DNA of 64,000 nucleotides from Hypanus sabinus (GCF_030144855.1 NC_082720.1:77500001-77564000), one strand, 5' to 3'. Shown: positions 1 to 13,034, numbered from the stretch's first letter. Notes: generated by a model not told the origin, from the sequence alone. A program made the numbers and translations.

Positions 1-580
1 TTCTCCACACATATCTCCAGCTAATCTACATCCCGCTATATCCATTGACATAGCTATATTATTATACACAGCTATAATTTTTTGTGTTGTCAGCAAACTT
101 GTGAATCAGCCTAGCTTCATTTTCGTCCAAATCATTTATATATTTCACAAACAACAGCAGTCCCAGCACTGATCTATGTGGAACACCCTAGTTATGAATC
201 CAGTCAAAGAACCACCCTTCACCACTAAGCCATGTCTTCTATGACCAAGCCAATTTCAAATCCAATCCACCAAATTACCATAAATCTCATGTGCCTTAAC
301 CTTCTGGCTCAGCCTACAATGAGTAGTCTTATTGAAATATTTACTGAACTTCAAGAATACAACATCCACTGCCCTACCCTCATCAGCCATCTTCATCATT
401 TCATTAAAAAATTCAATCAAGTTTGAAAGATATGACCTCCTTGCAGACAGCCAAAATGATTATTTGTAAAAACTCTGCACTCTTCTAAATGCCAGTAATT
501 CCTATCCCTAACAATCTTCTCCAATAATTTCAGTACAACAGACATAGGAGCACCAGCTAGTAACTTGTCGGATAATCCAC
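1..580 (-). mobile_element. Old, decayed CR1 LINE RT fragment
   Basis: Degenerate similarity to the CR1 RT regions elsewhere in the window (e.g. TCCAAATCATTTATATA...GTCCCAGCACTGATC; GATATGACCTCCTT..CAAA). Confidence 0.6.
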
Positions 581-1029
581 AACACCATCCTTCAACTAAC
601 ACTGCAGTCCTAAGGGACCTCACCTGTAGCTAAAGGGTCAAATCTGAATATGAATTTTAATCTAACAAGAACATCTAGAGAAATTAAATTTAAGCAAGTA
701 AACGCATATGGGTTAAAATATTTTCAGAAACAGTAACTATTGGATTGTGGCGAAAATTCACCTAATGTTCCAAAATAAAGGAAATCTGGTATCACTTCCC
801 AATGTGTGACTCCAAGTTTAACTGCGTCATCAATTCTGGGGTAATTAGTAATAGCTACCTTTATCTGCAATGTCAACATGCCCCAGAAAGGAAAAAAAAA
901 TCCAAAATTAACCTTAAATTACATGGTACCAACGGAAGTGACAAGTACCAGACTGCATTTTTGAGAGTGCCGATTAGCAAACATAATTTTGACCTAAAGA
1001 AGGCAAATTCATTTTTAACAATCTAAAAT

Positions 1030-1181
1030 TATCCCGGCTTCCAGAAAGCATTTAAACTCGGGAACACTGAGTTTATATTTCGGTATTTCTGCATTTCCGT
1101 CCGCACAGCTTCCTTTCCCAGGCCTGTTGCGAACTTGTTGCCTAGAGACGGCCTGGTGCATTTCGGGAAGCCAAGATGGCG
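1030..1181 (+). promoter_or_regulatory. ZCCHC10: ZCCHC10 promoter / 5'UTR (small CpG-rich region)
   Basis: Local CpG enrichment ~1030-1480; ETS-like TTCCG/CTTCC cores; YY1-type motif CAAGATGGCG (1172-1181) overlaps the start codon. Confidence 0.65.
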
Positions 1182-1216
1182 ACACCTATGCATAGGCTTA
1201 TCGCTCGCAGGCAAGC
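1176..1216 (+). CDS. ZCCHC10: ZCCHC10 coding exon 1 (MATPMHRLIARRQA)
   Basis: AAG ATG G Kozak context; translation matches the vertebrate ZCCHC10 N-terminus as I recall it; donor GC|GTGAGT at 1217; 41 nt, phase 2. Confidence 0.95.
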
Positions 1217-1494
1217 GTGAGTATACGGGTTTCCTTTAATTTTCGCCGTTCAGTGAGAGCAGGGGACCGTTGTTATGGTTTTCTTAAGTCTCTATTGTTT
1301 GGAGGATGCATGCATAATGGGCTTTATCTGGGTCGTGAGGTTGGTGTAGTTTCCATCTTCAACCCAGGCCCCAACCTCTCACCAAATGTCTACTGGCGGT
1401 CGAGTTTACACAACCGCGTAAAGACCATGCTGTGCACTTGAATCATCGACATGGAGTAAACTTGTAGTCGCGAAGTTTATCCCTACAATTAACA

Positions 1495-1630
1495 CAGGAA
1501 ATACTTAGCAGTCCAAACAACATCTGTGAAGGGAGGATCAGAGCTGACGTTTCAGCTTGATGACGGATCATCAGAATTGACACTGACACGTTAGCTCTGT
1601 TTTCCCGCACCTGTTGAATTTCTACCTTTC
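1495..1630. mobile_element. Penelope-like element terminal remnant in inverted arrangement, with hammerhead core on - strand
   Basis: Inverted repeat 1539-1555 / 1583-1599 (15/17 match); - strand reads CTGATGA...GAAACGTC. Confidence 0.6.
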
Positions 1631-4600
1631 ACTCATAAACATTTTATTTTGTTCAAAATAACCATCTTTTTATCATAAGTTGTTTTAAAGCAAATAAAAC
1701 GTTCTGGTAATGGATGTAATTTTACAAAGCATGTATCCTTCACATTGTAAGGCAATGATTTGACTATTCTAGTTTTTTTCGGCGTGGTGGTTGAGGGATA
1801 AATACTTGTCGATCTAATGTAATGCCGCAACTTTTTTTTAACATAGACACAATACCGCGCTTCTGAGATTGCTAACAAGGTCATTACTTATGTATACTAA
1901 TTTGTCTTTAGAAGGTGATGATGTGTCGTCTTCCTAACACTTTACAATCATTCTGGAATAGATAATACTGGTTTTGCTGTGTAGAAGTTTGAAGATTTTG
2001 GTACAGATGACAAAGGACCTGTTTTAAAATCAGGATGAAATGTGACTTGGATGGGAGCTTATAAGAGATGGTGTTCTGGCTTTGTTCTCTGACGTAGTTG
2101 AGTGGGAAGATTTGGGGGGTGTTAATCAAGTAATCGCAGTTTATTTTATAGACATTTTGCATTTAAACCCTCATTCAAAAGATGGTATTTCCAACATTGC
2201 AGCACTTCCTCTGTATTGGATTGGAATGTTCAGCTCTCTTTCGTTCATTTGTTATGTGCTGTGTCGTATGATTGTTCTTGGCAATTTTTTCTGTGTAAGT
2301 TGTTTGCCATTGCCGCCTTATGGGCAGTGCCTTGACAAGATGGATGACCCCAGCCATTATCAGTACTCTTTAGAGACTGTCTGGCGTCAGTGGTCGCATA
2401 ACCAGGACTTGGGTTATGCACCAATTGCTCATATGATCATCCACCACCTGCTCCCATGGCTTCATGTGACTCTGATGGGGTTAGAGTGGGTGGGGGTGGC
2501 AATGCAGATGCTACACCTTGCCCAAGGGTGATCTGCAGGGTAGTGAAGGGAAGGAGCACCTTGCACCTCCTTTGGTAGAGACGTTATCTCCACTCAGACA
2601 CCCTTCAGGACTGATAGGGAGCTTAAATCTTCAATTGTTTGGTTCAGATGTGAGACTATTTTGAATGAATAATGGCCATCCTAAATCAAGATTTAGAAAC
2701 TATTCTAAATCAAGATTAGTGAATTTCACTCTGTAATAGTTAAAGATCTTTTGTTCCAGTTTAGTTTCAATTCGTTGTTGAGATTTCTTAGGTGCTGATT
2801 GCATTCCTTACCTGATATTAGTTCAAGATTAAACCAATCATAGGAGCAGTATTAGGCTATTTGGCCTTTGAGACTGTTCTTCAAAAAAAAACATTGATGC
2901 AGGATTCAAACCTGCACAGTGAAACCCTAATGCATTTCTAGGCCTCGACTACTGTGCTCACTACGACAAACAGTTCACAGACTTGGTGTTGTAATTGACT
3001 GAGTGGTAGGCTTCAGCTCACAAGACTGTATGTTTCTAAGGCTAACTGTTGACTCCTGCTTCACGTCTTCAGCTGATGATACAATGTCTGTGTTATCTCT
3101 AGTTTTACTTCTAATATGGTTTTAGCAAATTGAAATTTTCTACTATCCAAAAACTTGAGAAGAAAATAGCATCTTTAGTCTTTTGTGTCTCTTTAAGTGC
3201 AAGTTGTCTCTCAAAAATAATCTTAAACTTTCCAAAATTTCTAGGTTGTCAAAAATACAAACTATGTCTACCTATATACAAACAAAAGAAAATCTGCAGA
3301 TGCTGGAAATCCTTATGCAATATTATGCATTTTATTCTTTTTTGGTACAAATTTTATTTGAAATACTTTTGTGTATTGGTGTCTCAGTTTGTATTCCTGT
3401 ACAATGGCTAGTTATAAAAACATGAATTACCACAATAATTAATCACCTAGATTTTAAATAATTGTGAAAAGCATTTAAATGTCTCCCATCTTTCTTAATA
3501 TTGTTAAGCCATCTTACTAGAATGTTGTATAGTTCAACACTTATACATGTTGAAAGCTAAATCTCTTGCGCCTTCAATTTTACCTGTTTCATCGCTGTTC
3601 ATGTGTAATCTGCAGATCCTCAGAATTGTCCATGTTCAGTTTCATCATTGTGTTTGCCACTCTCATCCAAAATTTAGTAACTTTTGATTTGTTTGTGTTT
3701 CTTTTCATCTTTATAATTCAGCATCATTGGTAAATTTAACTTATTGGCTCCAATTTTCTGTCTTCCACATTAGTGAAATAAGTTGAAATTAATAAGTCTC
3801 AACAAGGGCTTCTATTTTACCTGTACCTAAGCATCTCACTTCTAAAAAGTACCATTAGTTTTCCCACTCTCAGCTAAGGTATTTTCAATTCCAGTGTTTA
3901 TCTGCATGTTCAGAGTTTGATTTTATGTGAAACTTGAAATACAATTTGGAAACTCATCATGGCATTTTCAAGCTCCACTAAGCATTTGTGTAGTTCACTT
4001 GAAGTTGTTATTCCTCAAATAAATTAAGGAGATTGGTCAAATAAGATCTGTCACCCATCATGTGTATGAGTATTGTATAGCACTTTTCATTTAAATTGCA
4101 TTACTCTGCACAAACAGTACCGACATTCATGTTTATTTAAAAATGTTATTTCAGAAATGAGTTTGTACTTTGAATTGTATCTTCACACAAAAGTATTTCC
4201 AATGGTAAAATCAAATATTATAAATAATTGCAAACCCAGAAAACTTCTAATCTGCAGTGGGGAGGAATGTTTAATGTCAAAATATTCTTTTTGTATTTGT
4301 CACTTATTGAGTGCCTGGAAGATATTCTTGCTCCAGACTTTCCATTTTAGAAGTTGACGGTTACACTTGAAACTGCTAGCATTGCTTTTCGTAACTGCTT
4401 TGAAGTTTGGAACTCCAGAATGAAGGCAATGAACACGAACTTGCCTCAACTGATTGCCAAAACAACAGTAGGTTTTGTAGATTATCAATCAAGAAATGCA
4501 AATTTCTGTACCATTCCCAGCCCTGGGGTTGCTGGCTATACCACCAAGCTTATCTCTGTAAATTGAAAGATTTACAGAGATTCTACATTTACATGTAGAA

Positions 4601-6124
4601 AAGTAAGTTTATGATAAATTTCTTAATTTTGATTTAATCAACTCTATTCAAGTATTTGTATCATAGTGTCCTAATTTAACAAAATAACAAGGACAGTTTT
4701 TAGTTTTTAATTTTCTTGAATGTCATAGATGTTCAGTTTTGGTGATGGTCTTATCACCCACTAATTCTATAGGTAGATCAATTGGCTGTAAAAAAGAAAA
4801 GAAGCAACTGGGGCAATGGGATCTGTCACTAGTTTGCTTTTACTGAAAGAGCCTGTAATCTATTGGACTTACTGATCACCTAGCCAAATTTTATACCCAG
4901 AGATTCTCAGCAAGCAAACAGATTTAGTTGATTTTTTTATATATTGGAGGATTTGGCTGTTTTGAACTTTAATATATTTTCAGTATCCTGTATATATTCT
5001 GACTTTTTATTTTGTATTTGGAAATATACCCAGATTCATATATATTTAACATGAGCAAATTTATGAGAAAACTGCTTTATTTATACTAATTGATGTTGAA
5101 GACTATTGCTGTCAAATAGTTATTTGTTACTTCTGCCGGCAGGAATTTGGTACAAAGTATTTCAGTATCAGATTTGGTAATCTTGCTGAGAATGTAATCA
5201 TGTAGGAAAATAAAGCAGGAATTAAGTAATCAGACCTTAGTGTCCACTCTGCCTTTCAATGAGATCAAGTTTGATGGCTCATACCACTTTCCAGCACTAA
5301 ACTGATATCTTTTGATTCTTTTACTGTCAAAAACTGTATCAAACATTTTCTTAATATACTCTATCACCGTGTCTCCATATCCTTATTGCTTAGGGAATTC
5401 TGAAAACTGATCCAACTCTGGGTGAAGATGTACTATCTCATCTTACCCTGAATGGCTGCTTCATATTTTTTTGAAAATGCAAGGCATGATACTAAATACT
5501 TTAGTCAGGGAAGACATCATTCCTTTGTCTATCCACTCAAGCCTCTAGAATTTTGTACATTTAACCCCTATACATACGCACCCAGTCTGCTCGATGGCTT
5601 TTTCTTGGAAAACCTGCTATTGCTGTAATCAGTCTGTAGATCATCGCTGCATTTCATAATGCAAGTACAGTGGATTCCCGTTAATGTGGCTATTGTTAGA
5701 GCAGCCGCTTATTTGACAGGACACTGTTGTCAACAGTTTCTAACTAGCAACAGGCGCACGCACTAATGGGGCTGGTAGACACTACGCCTTAGAGCAAGCA
5801 ATTTTTGAAAGGCGACACCTGTGTGTGTTTGTGTTCAAAAAGCAGTGATTTTTGTCACTGACAGTTGGTGAGAAATGAGCAGGAAGAAAATTCAGAACTG
5901 TTCTCATTAAGGTTTCAAAAATCCAGGCTTGGTGATGCCAGAAACAGTTGGGAGTGAAAATGAAACTATTTCACTACTTCAAGTTATGAACTACGAAGAA
6001 TTTGAGGATGTGGACAATCATCTCGCATGTTACAATGAAAATGAAGATTTGGAAGATACAAACATCGAAGGTAGTCCATTACATGCACTAGGTCCTGCAC
6101 TGATGTTGTGCATTTACAGTCAAT

Positions 6125-7200
6125 CAAGAGATGGAGTTTAACCCAGATAAGTGTGAAGTGGTTTATTTTGGTAGGTCAAATACGATGGCAGAACATAGTA
6201 TTAATGGTAAGACTCTTGGCAGTGTGGAGGATCAGAGGGATCTTGGGGTTCGAGTCCATAGGACACTCAAAGCAGCTGCACAGGTTGACTCTGTGGTTAA
6301 GAAGGCGTATGGTGTATTGGCCTTCATCAATCGTGGAATTGAATTTAAGAGCCGAGAGGTATTGTTGCTGCTATATAGCACCCTGGTCAGACCCCTCTTG
6401 GAGTAAACTGTGCTCATTTCTGGTCACCTCACTACAGGAAGGATGTGGAAACTGTAAAGTCAACTTTTATTGTCATTTCGACCATAACTGCTGGTACAGT
6501 GCATAGTAAAAATGAGACAACGTTTTTCAGGACCGTGGTTTACACGACACAGTACAAAAAACTAGACTGAACTACGTAATAAAAAAAAACACAGAGAAAT
6601 CTACACTAGGCTAGAGACCTACACTGGACTGCATGAAGTGCACAAAAACAGTATCAGCATTACAATAAATAATAAACAGGACAGTACAGCAAGGTGTCGG
6701 TCCAGGCCCAGAGGGTGCAGAACAGATTTTCAATGACGTTGCCTGGATTGGGGAGCATACCTTATGAGAAAAGGTTGAGTGAACTCGGCCTTTTCCCCTT
6801 GGAGTGAAGAAGGATGAGAGGTGACCTGATAGAGGTGTACAAGATGATGAGAGGCATTGATCGTGTGGATAGTCAGTGGCTTTTTCCCAGGGCTAAAATG
6901 GTTGCCACAAGAGGACACAGGTATAAGGTGCTGGGGAGTAGGTACAGAGGAGATGTCAGGGGTAAGTTTTTTACTCAGAGAGTGGTGAGTGCGTGGAATG
7001 GGCTGCAGGCAAAGGTGGTGGAGGTGGATATGATAGGGTCTTTTAAGAGGCTAAAAAAAAGAGGCTTTTAGATAGGTACATGGAGCTTAGTAATATAGAG
7101 GGCTATAGGTAAGCCTAGTAATTTCTAAGGTAGGGACATGTCGGGCACAACTTTGCGGGCCGAAGGGCCTGTATTGTGCTGTAGGTTTTCTATGTTTCTA
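6125..7200 (+). mobile_element. 5'-truncated CR1 LINE (RT C-terminus plus 3'UTR, TTTCTATG tail) nested in Tigger-like copy A
   Basis: ORFs 6131 (MEFNPDKCEVV...LVRPLLE) and 6814 (MRGDLIEVYKMMRG...FFTQRVV..WN); tail TTTTCTATGTTTCTA. Confidence 0.9.
6456..6709 (-). mobile_element. LINE 3'-end fragment inserted in the CR1
   Basis: Splits the CR1 between GGATGTGGAAACT and AGAGGGTGCAG; AATAAA on the - strand close to its left end. Confidence 0.55.
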
Positions 7201-7601
7201 GAACATGGCAGTATACACCGGATTAATTTCTCCGTTGATAACTATTGAAGATAAATCACTGTTTTTTTGTACGGTAGTAATTTCCATCGTGTTCTTTCTG
7301 TATTTCATTTAAATCCATAATTTGTTACTCGGATAAATGGTAGTGTATCTTTTTTTTATAACGTTTTAACTATTTCCATGAAACTTCACTTAATTGGGAG
7401 AAAATGTCCTGATGTTTCCCAATTAACCAGAATCCACTATATATTCTTCTCTGGGAATATCAAATCTGCACACAATATTCCAAGGAAGATCTCACCAGTA
7501 CCTAATATAATTCTTTATTCTTGTACTCCTTGACCGAAATACCCCTAGCCATCCAAACTATCTGTGACATAACTGAGATAGGTGATTTTGGAATCTATAT
7601 A

Positions 7602-8544
7602 CATCAGATTTTGGTTAATTGGAACACATTGTGAACAGTACATTTTGGCCCAATTAGCTGAAGTTTAATGGAAGTAGTTTTAAAAAGACAAACTACCATT
7701 TAATTGAGTAACAGATTATGTATTTAAATGAAATACAGAACAAGTTGGAACATTACCAATATTACTACAGTACTATAAAACTGCCTATTAGTTATCAACG
7801 GAGGAATTGATAAGTGTTCACTGCTGTATTCTTTTGACCGTAAATAAAATCTGAGCAGACACCTAGATAATGCACTGCCTTCCTGCATGAAGTAGTATTA
7901 AAAATTACTGCTTTTAATTTGGCATTGGTCAATCCAAATCAATAACATAACACAAACATATGCAACTGAAGCTATTTTAAAAATTGTTTGTCCTAATCAT
8001 CGTGTAGTGTCTAACAGCTACACAGGTACATGCAACTAACGCTAGTTAGAAACTATTGCATCCACCAAATCCTAATTTTCATTGTAACGTCCAAAAAGTT
8101 AGATGGCACCTTCAAACTCTTCATAGTTCCTAAATTGCTGAAGTGGTGGATTAATTTCACTTTCACTCCAGAGCATTTTGGCACCTCTAAGCCTGAATGC
8201 TAGAATCCCCAATGAGCAAAGCAGTTCTGAATTACCTACTGCTTATTTCTCAGCAACTATCAGTGACAAGTATCACTGCTTTTTGAACACAGACATACAC
8301 AAGTCTCGCTATTTAAAAACTGTTCACACTAAGCATGATGTAGTGTCTAACAGCCACACAAGAGCACACAACTGATGCTAGTTAAAAACTGTTTGGCAGC
8401 AGTCTCCGCCCCAATTAGGTAACATTGTGTCCCAAATAAATGAAGGAAATCCCAGCTATTCTGTCAACTTGTTTTTGTTCTTTAAGAATACTCCCAAATA
8501 AGCAGCTGCTGATAACTGATGGCCCAATTAACCAGAATCCACTA
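7602..8544 (-). mobile_element. Tigger-like DNA element copy B (inverted relative to copy A)
   Basis: Degenerate TIRs (GATTTTGGTTAATTGG ... CCAATTAACCAGAATCCACTA); internal sequence is the reverse complement of copy A. Confidence 0.75.
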
Positions 8545-8642
8545 CTTTTAGATTAAAGACCACACTTCACAAAAATATTGAATAAAACCAAACCCCAAAA
8601 CGGGTTTGTTTAATTTCCTCAATTGTGTAATGGAAAACTTAG

Positions 8643-8837
<195 letters not shown>

Positions 8838-9109
8838 TAGGTTCATGTATGTTTGTTATCCTATTTCTGCAACAGTTCAGTGGATTTATATGCTGCAGTG
8901 CATGGGTTTCTTCGTGTATGTTGAATTCTTGAGGTAAGAGGAGGGAAACCACAGTTGACTTCCGCAGTCTCAGATAGAACAAGGGAACTAAGAATTTTGG
9001 TCGTTAATCAATACTACTGCCAGAAGCGTGGCCCGCCTTGTGTAAAAACTTGAGGTTCTACATATTTGCTTGCATGTAAAACAAGCTGTACGAGTGTTAC
9101 TGGTTTCTT

Positions 9110-9880
9110 AAGGTTGTTCTAGCCAGGGGGTGCTAGTGGGTTTAAGCTCCGACTACCTATTAAATTGCTGGCCAGTGGTGTGGTGGCATCGGCACTGGAC
9201 TTCAAAGTGAATGGTCTCAGGTTCGAAGCCGGCTCCTTGCACGCTTTTCATCGTAAAAAAAGAAAAAGCAGGTAAATGCTAAAGAAATGACAAGGTTGCC
9301 ACTCGATGCGCCATAAGGTGAGGAGAGGAGCAACAGCCTATTAATTGCTCCCAATGGCATGCGTCTCAAGTATCCACTTGACAGCCAAGTCCAGTTCCTG
9401 GTCTTCATGTGTGGCTTAGCTACTAAGCCCAGCAGAACCATTTCTACTGACAGGAGAAAGGCAATTGCTGCTTACTAGTGCCTTACCGCCTTACAGTTTG
9501 GGCAGATGGAGCTCGTCAGCTGTGATTGGCAGCTCACCTAGGAAAAGGTAAACTCTGATCTCAAACCTCCGCTGCCTTGCAGAAGGCTTCATTGGGAAGG
9601 CGTAAGGAGGAAACTCCAAGGAAAAAATCTGGAGCTGGAGTCCCTCAGACAGTCCTACACAAAGTTCAACGCTGACTGGCAACTCCTACAAGGCTGCTGC
9701 TGCCGCCAAACTATATTGGACTCTGCCATTCCTTGATTCTGTCATCCTCTGTGTGGAGAGGGGGATCCTACTATTACGTGGGCAACAGCTTGATCTCCAC
9801 ACAGATATCGGACTTGCGCTTCATGTAGACAACTGGGACACAACGTCCATGGTTGACCCTGATCAATAGAGGGCTTCAAG
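9110..9880. repeat. Interspersed repeat of uncertain class, hosting a SINE insertion
   Basis: GC-richer block interrupted by a TSD-flanked SINE; family not identifiable from sequence alone. Confidence 0.4.
9170..9336 (+). mobile_element. Short tRNA-derived SINE with ~13-14 bp TSD
   Basis: A-box-like TGGTGTGGTGG and B-box GGTTCGAAGCC; flanks CCTATTAAATTGCT (9156-9169) and CCTATTAATTGCT (9337-9349). Confidence 0.75.
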
Positions 9881-10089
9881 AGATGTTAACAGCTTCCAAG
9901 AGAAGGGCATTAAGAGTTACTTTTAAACAGAGAGAATTGGGGTAGTAAGAGGAAAATAAGGGGGGGGGGGAGAGGGGAAAATAAGAGGGGAAAAAAGAGG
10001 AAAATAAGCTTTTGTCCTTGGCTGTCTTTACTTCATCTTTATGAAGCATTATTTGAGTATGTAAGATAATTACTCCATGTTAACTCCAG

Positions 10090-11500
10090 TTTTAATGAAG
10101 TACATGGGTAGGAACATGACATATGGAATATTATATGGGGAAGAATCACAAAATAAAATCAAGGTATTTTTATGATATTTGTTAATATTGAGCTTCGAAG
10201 GAACCTTAGTCCTTGTACAGAAGCCACTGAAAGCTGATGTGCAGGGTCAGCAAGTGATTAGGAAGGCAAATATTAATGTTGACTTTTATTACAAGATGAT
10301 TTAAATACAGCAGTAAAGGTGACTTACTGGATTTATTTAGGACTTTAGTGAGCACACCTGAAATAGTGTGTATAGTTTTGATGTCTTTTCATATAAAATA
10401 ATGAGAGATTGCAATGAATATTCACCAGACTGTTGAAAGTAAATTTATTATCAAAATACATGTACATGACCTTGAGCTCATTTTCTTTGGGACATTGTAA
10501 ATCTAAAAACCATAATAGAGTCAATAAAAGACCGCTCTCACAAGGCCAACAAACAACCAACATACAAAAGGTGACAAACTGTGCAAATACAGAAGAGAAA
10601 AAAACAATAATCAGCAATAAATATCAAGAACATAACATGAAGAGTCCTTGAAAGTGAGTCCATATTGATGGGCAAATGAAGTTTAATGTAGTTAACCTCA
10701 CCTGTTCAGGAACCTGGTGGTTAAAGGGTAATAACTTTCCCAGAAGTCCTGAAGATCCTGGGTTGAGTCCTGAAGATCCTGTACCTGTTTCCTGACGGTA
10801 ACAGCGAGTAGAGAGCATGACCTTGGTAGTAGGGTCCCTGATGGTGGATGTTGCTTTTCTACAACAGCATTCCTTATAGGTGTGCTCAATGAAGGGGAGG
10901 GCTTTACCTGTGATGGACTGGGCAGTATCCACTACTACTTGTAGGATTTTCCATTTTAGGGGATTGGTTTTTCTATACCAGACTGTGATGCAACGCCAGT
11001 ATATTCTCCACCACATATCAATAGAAATTTGTCAAAGTATTAGATGTCATGCTGAATCTTTGCAAACCCTTAAGGAAGGAGAGGCGCTGCTGTGCTTTCT
11101 TTGTAATTGCACTTGAGTATTGGGCGCAGGACCGATCCTCTGAAATTATAACACTGAGGATTTTAAACTTGTCCTCCTGTTCCAGGAATAGGAGGATTAT
11201 CATAAGAGATGAGATTGAATAGACAAGATCCAAATTTTTAAGATTTCAGATAAATAAAACATAACTCATGGAAACATGCAAAGTACTTATAGGTGTTGAT
11301 AGGGTTATATAGGGAAGATGTTTCTCCTCACAGAGAACCAGGGGTCAAAGGTCTCAGAATAAGAGTGGACCATTTATAACTGAGAAGAGAAAGAATTTCT
11401 TCACTAGGACGGTGACAAATTGTTTACCCCCGAGGCTTTAGGCGTGTTCATTGCGTTCATTCAAGAGTAAGATTAGTATATTTTGTACATATTAGAGATA
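10090..11500 (+). mobile_element. Old CR1 fragment split by a Rex1/Babar-type insertion
   Basis: CR1-like segments (GGAAGGCAAAT...; GAGCACACCTGAAATAGTGTG; AATTTCTTCACTAGGACGGTG) flank 10430-11170. Confidence 0.55.
10430..11170 (-). mobile_element. Rex1/Babar-type LINE 3' fragment
   Basis: ORFs 11018 and 10624: ITKKAQQRLSFLKGLQRF...LTNFY; CITVWY...QVVVDTAQSITG, a DUF1891-like C-terminus. Confidence 0.75.
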
Positions 11501-11504
11501 TGTC

Positions 11505-11935
11505 TAACTGTTCCTGAGCCTCCTGCCCAATGGTAATAGGAAGAAGAGAGCATGGCCTGGATAGTCGGACACTTCCATCATAGATGCTGCTTTCATGTGG
11601 CAGTGTTCTGTGTAAATGTACTCAATGGTGGGGAGAGCTTTCCGTGTGATGGACTGAATGGTTTCCAACACTTTCAGTAGCCTTTTCAATTCCTCAGTAT
11701 TGGTGTTTCTATACCAGCCCATGATACAACCAGTTAGGAGACACTTTGCAGTACATCAATCAAGGTTTATCAAAGTTTTTGATGACATGCCAAATCTACA
11801 CATTCTTAGAAAGCAGAGGTGCTGTCATGCCTTGTGTGCTGGTCCAAGGATAAGTCCGCTGATATGTTGACAAAGTAATTTAAAGCTACTGACCCTCCCC
11901 ATCTCTATTCTTATAATAAGGACTGGCTCATGGAT
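11505..11935 (-). mobile_element. Rex1/Babar-type LINE 3' fragment
   Basis: ORF 11504 (WYRNTN..LKRLLKVLETIQSITRKALPTIE...DYPGHALFFLLPLGRR). Confidence 0.7.
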
Positions 11936-12995
11936 GTTTGCTATGGTCAGCAGATCATCTGCTGTGACAATGATGAATAGTGAAGCAACTCCGGTAGTGT
12001 ACTCCTCATTTTTCTTCTATCTCTCCCACTGCATTCCACTTGCACTTGCCCTGTTCTAGTTTTAACCTCTGGAGCATTCCTGCTGTCATTTCTCTGTGAT
12101 GTCAAACTGTGGAATTTCCTTCCTTAACCTACAAATGCATTTGTTAAGAAAAGGCTTAAAATCCACCTCTTCAACTATCTGGTATAATATCTCTGATTTT
12201 GTTTTTTTTTGTTGGATGCTTTCTATCTTTAAAGCTATTGTACAAGTACAATGCTTTTCATAAGCTGATTGAAAGCTGATTTAGATCTAAATTTGTCTGA
12301 TTGTTTTTGATTGTTGAACTCCAGCTATGTGCAGTATGTGATCAAGAGTATAATTAGATCAATTAGATGTGTTTTTTTTTCCCAGAAAGCATGAAGTTCG
12401 ACCTGTGAGTTAACTGCTTGGTGGAAAAGCTAGATACTGTAGCTTAGAACATAAATCATAGGACTGTATGGCACAGTACAGGTCCTTCACCCCAGGATGT
12501 TGTGCCGACTTTTAACTTTAGATACATCCACAACGTAGACATTATTAATGAACTGTGTCAATATCCTGGCCCAGCTTCATTTTGCTCTTCATCAGTAATG
12601 AATCCAGGGAGGTATGTGCTTTTTGGACTCAAGATTACAGGAATTCTTAAACTGATCTGGTTTAATTTTAACAAACTCTCTGTGAAAGGCTATTTTAAAT
12701 TTGCTTAAATCAGCATTCAAAAAGGCCACATCCTCAAATCCTCTTTGTTTTACTCTGAGTAAATTGTACAAACGTAACGTTTATAAATATATTTTGGGAG
12801 GAGGTTGAAGAGGAATTTGCCAAAAATTTGTCCAGTACCAATTATTGTCTCAAGTTTGGGATAAACACTTAACAAATTTATTCTGCATCTTGAAGCATAC
12901 AAGATATTAAGCTTATGTATGTCATTGGGTAAGATTTTAATGTTATTGAAAATAAAATATTCAAACAAGAAGTTAATTGTTTTAAATTCCAACAG

Positions 12996-13034
12996 TGGAC
13001 AAGGAAATGCAGAAAAGAAGATAAAGAAGAAAAG
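12996..13034 (+). CDS. ZCCHC10: ZCCHC10 coding exon 3 (SGQGNAEKKIKKKR)
   Basis: TTCCAACAG acceptor; AAG|GTAATC donor; 39 nt, phase 2-2; basic cluster comparable to the mammalian ERKAKKKR segment. Confidence 0.9.

Larger units (their letters stand above)
5668..7439 (+). mobile_element. Non-autonomous TcMar/Tigger-like DNA element (copy A), interrupted by a CR1
   Basis: TA|CAGTGGATTCCCGTTAAT ... ATTAACCAGAATCCACTA|TA termini; internal remnant (ORF 5929: NYEEFEDVDNHLACYNENEDLED) shared with the copy at 60.8-61.1 kb. Confidence 0.75.

Noticed and set aside
2082-2531. 149-aa ORF in ZCCHC10 intron 1 (likewise the 143-aa ORF at 55036)
   Set aside because: Non-ATG start, runs through repeat-like or T-rich sequence, no domain similarity.
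9170-9240. tRNA gene (also at 28.25 kb and 56.3 kb)
   Set aside because: Only A/B boxes without a cloverleaf; followed by SINE bodies and tails.
10745-10780. Direct repeat AGTCCTGAAGATCCTG x2
   Set aside because: Simple local duplication within a dead LINE.
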